This document shows, one piece after another, positions 63,091-64,000 of a DNA stretch of 64,000 bases; the stretch's first letter is position 1, and every line of letters begins with the position of its first letter. This stretch comes from a virus. The position numbers and the translations under genes are program-made. Location of the stretch: positions 35,924 to 99,923 of IMG/VR virus record IMGVR_UViG_3300037246_001176, one strand, 5' to 3'. The notes under the pieces were generated by a model. That model was not told the origin of the DNA, did no database searches, and saw nothing but the letters and a program-made list of their open reading frames with translations.

Positions 63091-64000
63091 CTATGCACTC
63101 AAGGAATATATTGGAACAAAGTAAGGCTGGTCTGTTATCTGATTTCCGTCATCTCTCACATAAACCTTTAGCCATCCTTCGCGCGTCTCGCTAGCTTGAT
63201 CACCCTCATCTACGATGGAACGAGTTAAGTCTGCTGCCGCTGCTGTCCCCCGGAACTCGATGAACGGCTGATCCACATCCATCTGCCACAACCGTAATAC
63301 CTCAACCCCTCCGTCGGTGGCTTTCTGGTAGAAGTTGGCAACGGGATTGGTCACTGGGCCGATATCCAAGAGCCCGTAGAAACAAGGCCCGAAAGTATTC
63401 GGCGTTGAACGTATCGTTCCATAGCCTTCGATTTTAGCAACAGAAGCTGCACCGTCATAGAAATCAGCCAAAAATCCAGTACCATCCTGCCGGACACGGA
63501 GTGCTGTCCCCCAATCGGTGGCGTTATCCAAGAAAATTTCAACGCCGTTGACCCCTCCTGGGCCTACTGCAGCATCGCGGTAGAAATAAGCTATGACACC
63601 ATTAGCTGAGCTATTATTTCTAACAACTAGTCTGCCTTCCGTCGGTGTCACATCTGCTATGCCAACGTTGCCATTCCAAATTGACATTGCTGTCGCTGCT
63701 GCTGCATCAGCCGTCATCACTCCGAAGTTCAGCCGCCCATCCGCAGATGCGCCCTCACCTGCGTCCTGCCAGTCTGCGATGATGTAGGCCGCTACCCTGT
63801 TCGTACCGTCATTCTCTTCCAGCTCAAATTCTATGCCAACTCCAAATCCTGCCACGGCTGGATTGCTGGTGATATGCGTCAGCCGCTGAGCATAGGTGAC
63901 GGCGGCTGTCACTGCGTCGGAGATCTCAACGTGGAAAAGGCGGTCGGGTGGGGATGCCTTAATGCCGACAAAGCCGCCAGGATTCATCAAGATGTTGCCG
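63091..64000 (-). CDS. Tail fibre / virion structural protein, C-terminal part (5' truncated)
   Basis: Frame open to the window edge; GNVGI / GFVGI beta-repeats. Confidence 0.65.
   Translation of the reverse strand, partial: GNILMNPGGFVGIKASPPDRLFHVEISDAVTAAVTYAQRLTHITSNPAVAGFGVGIEFELEENDGTNRVAAYIIADWQDAGEGASADGRLNFGVMTADAAAATAMSIWNGNVGIADVTPTEGRLVVRNNSSANGVIAYFYRDAAVGPGGVNGVEIFLDNATDWGTALRVRQDGTGFLADFYDGAASVAKIEGYGTIRSTPNTFGPCFYGLLDIGPVTNPVANFYQKATDGGVEVLRLWQMDVDQPFIEFRGTAAAADLTRSIVDEGDQASETREGWLKVYVRDDGNQITDQPYFVPIYSLSA

Larger units (their letters stand above)
1..64000 (-). mobile_element. Tailed dsDNA phage genome segment (Caudoviricetes)
   Basis: Co-oriented TerS-TerL-portal-head morphogenesis-prohead protease module, DnaB/primase/RuvC replication genes, tail-fibre-like end, many small ORFs, no host housekeeping operons. 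Confidence 0.95.

Noticed and set aside
63091-64000. Diversity-generating retroelement target
   Set aside because: No reverse transcriptase and no TR/VR pair with adenine-specific mismatches seen in the window

Overview
This is a 64 kb segment of a tailed dsDNA bacteriophage (Caudoviricetes), with almost all real genes on the minus strand. Reading in transcription order from the right end: end of a tail-fibre-like gene, a lysis-position module (membrane proteins plus a secreted GH-A glycoside hydrolase), a metallophosphoesterase/HTH pair, tRNA-Trp, then about 48 kb of mosaic early/middle genes. These include HNH, TnpB, a SleB-like hydrolase, DEDD exonuclease, RNA ligase, macrodomain, replication initiator with an inserted HigA-like HTH, C5 methylase with a nested alternative-frame ORF, stand-alone NrdD glycyl-radical domain, DnaB, DUF5131, primase, PAPS-reductase-like protein, helicase-methylase fusion and RuvC. 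The packaging/head module follows (ParB-like, TerS, TerL, portal, gp7-like head protein, HK97-type prohead protease running off the left end). No integrase or capsid gene lies in the window. A VYLPLV motif and the NrdD domain suggest an anaerobic Chloroflexota host (inference). The most unusual content is non-coding: a two-copy structured RNA with compensatory changes (21.9 and 37.3 kb); three tandem structured RNAs, one tRNA-like, directly upstream of the RNA ligase; a small antisense-strand RNA with a bipartite 20-nt match to the dnaB-operon RBS; three promoter/antiterminator/terminator leaders upstream of nuclease genes; a dispersed 15-bp palindrome; repeated sigma70 promoter cassettes; and many genes bounded by 9-32 bp direct repeats. 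All calls were made by eye from motifs; no searches or folding programs were run.
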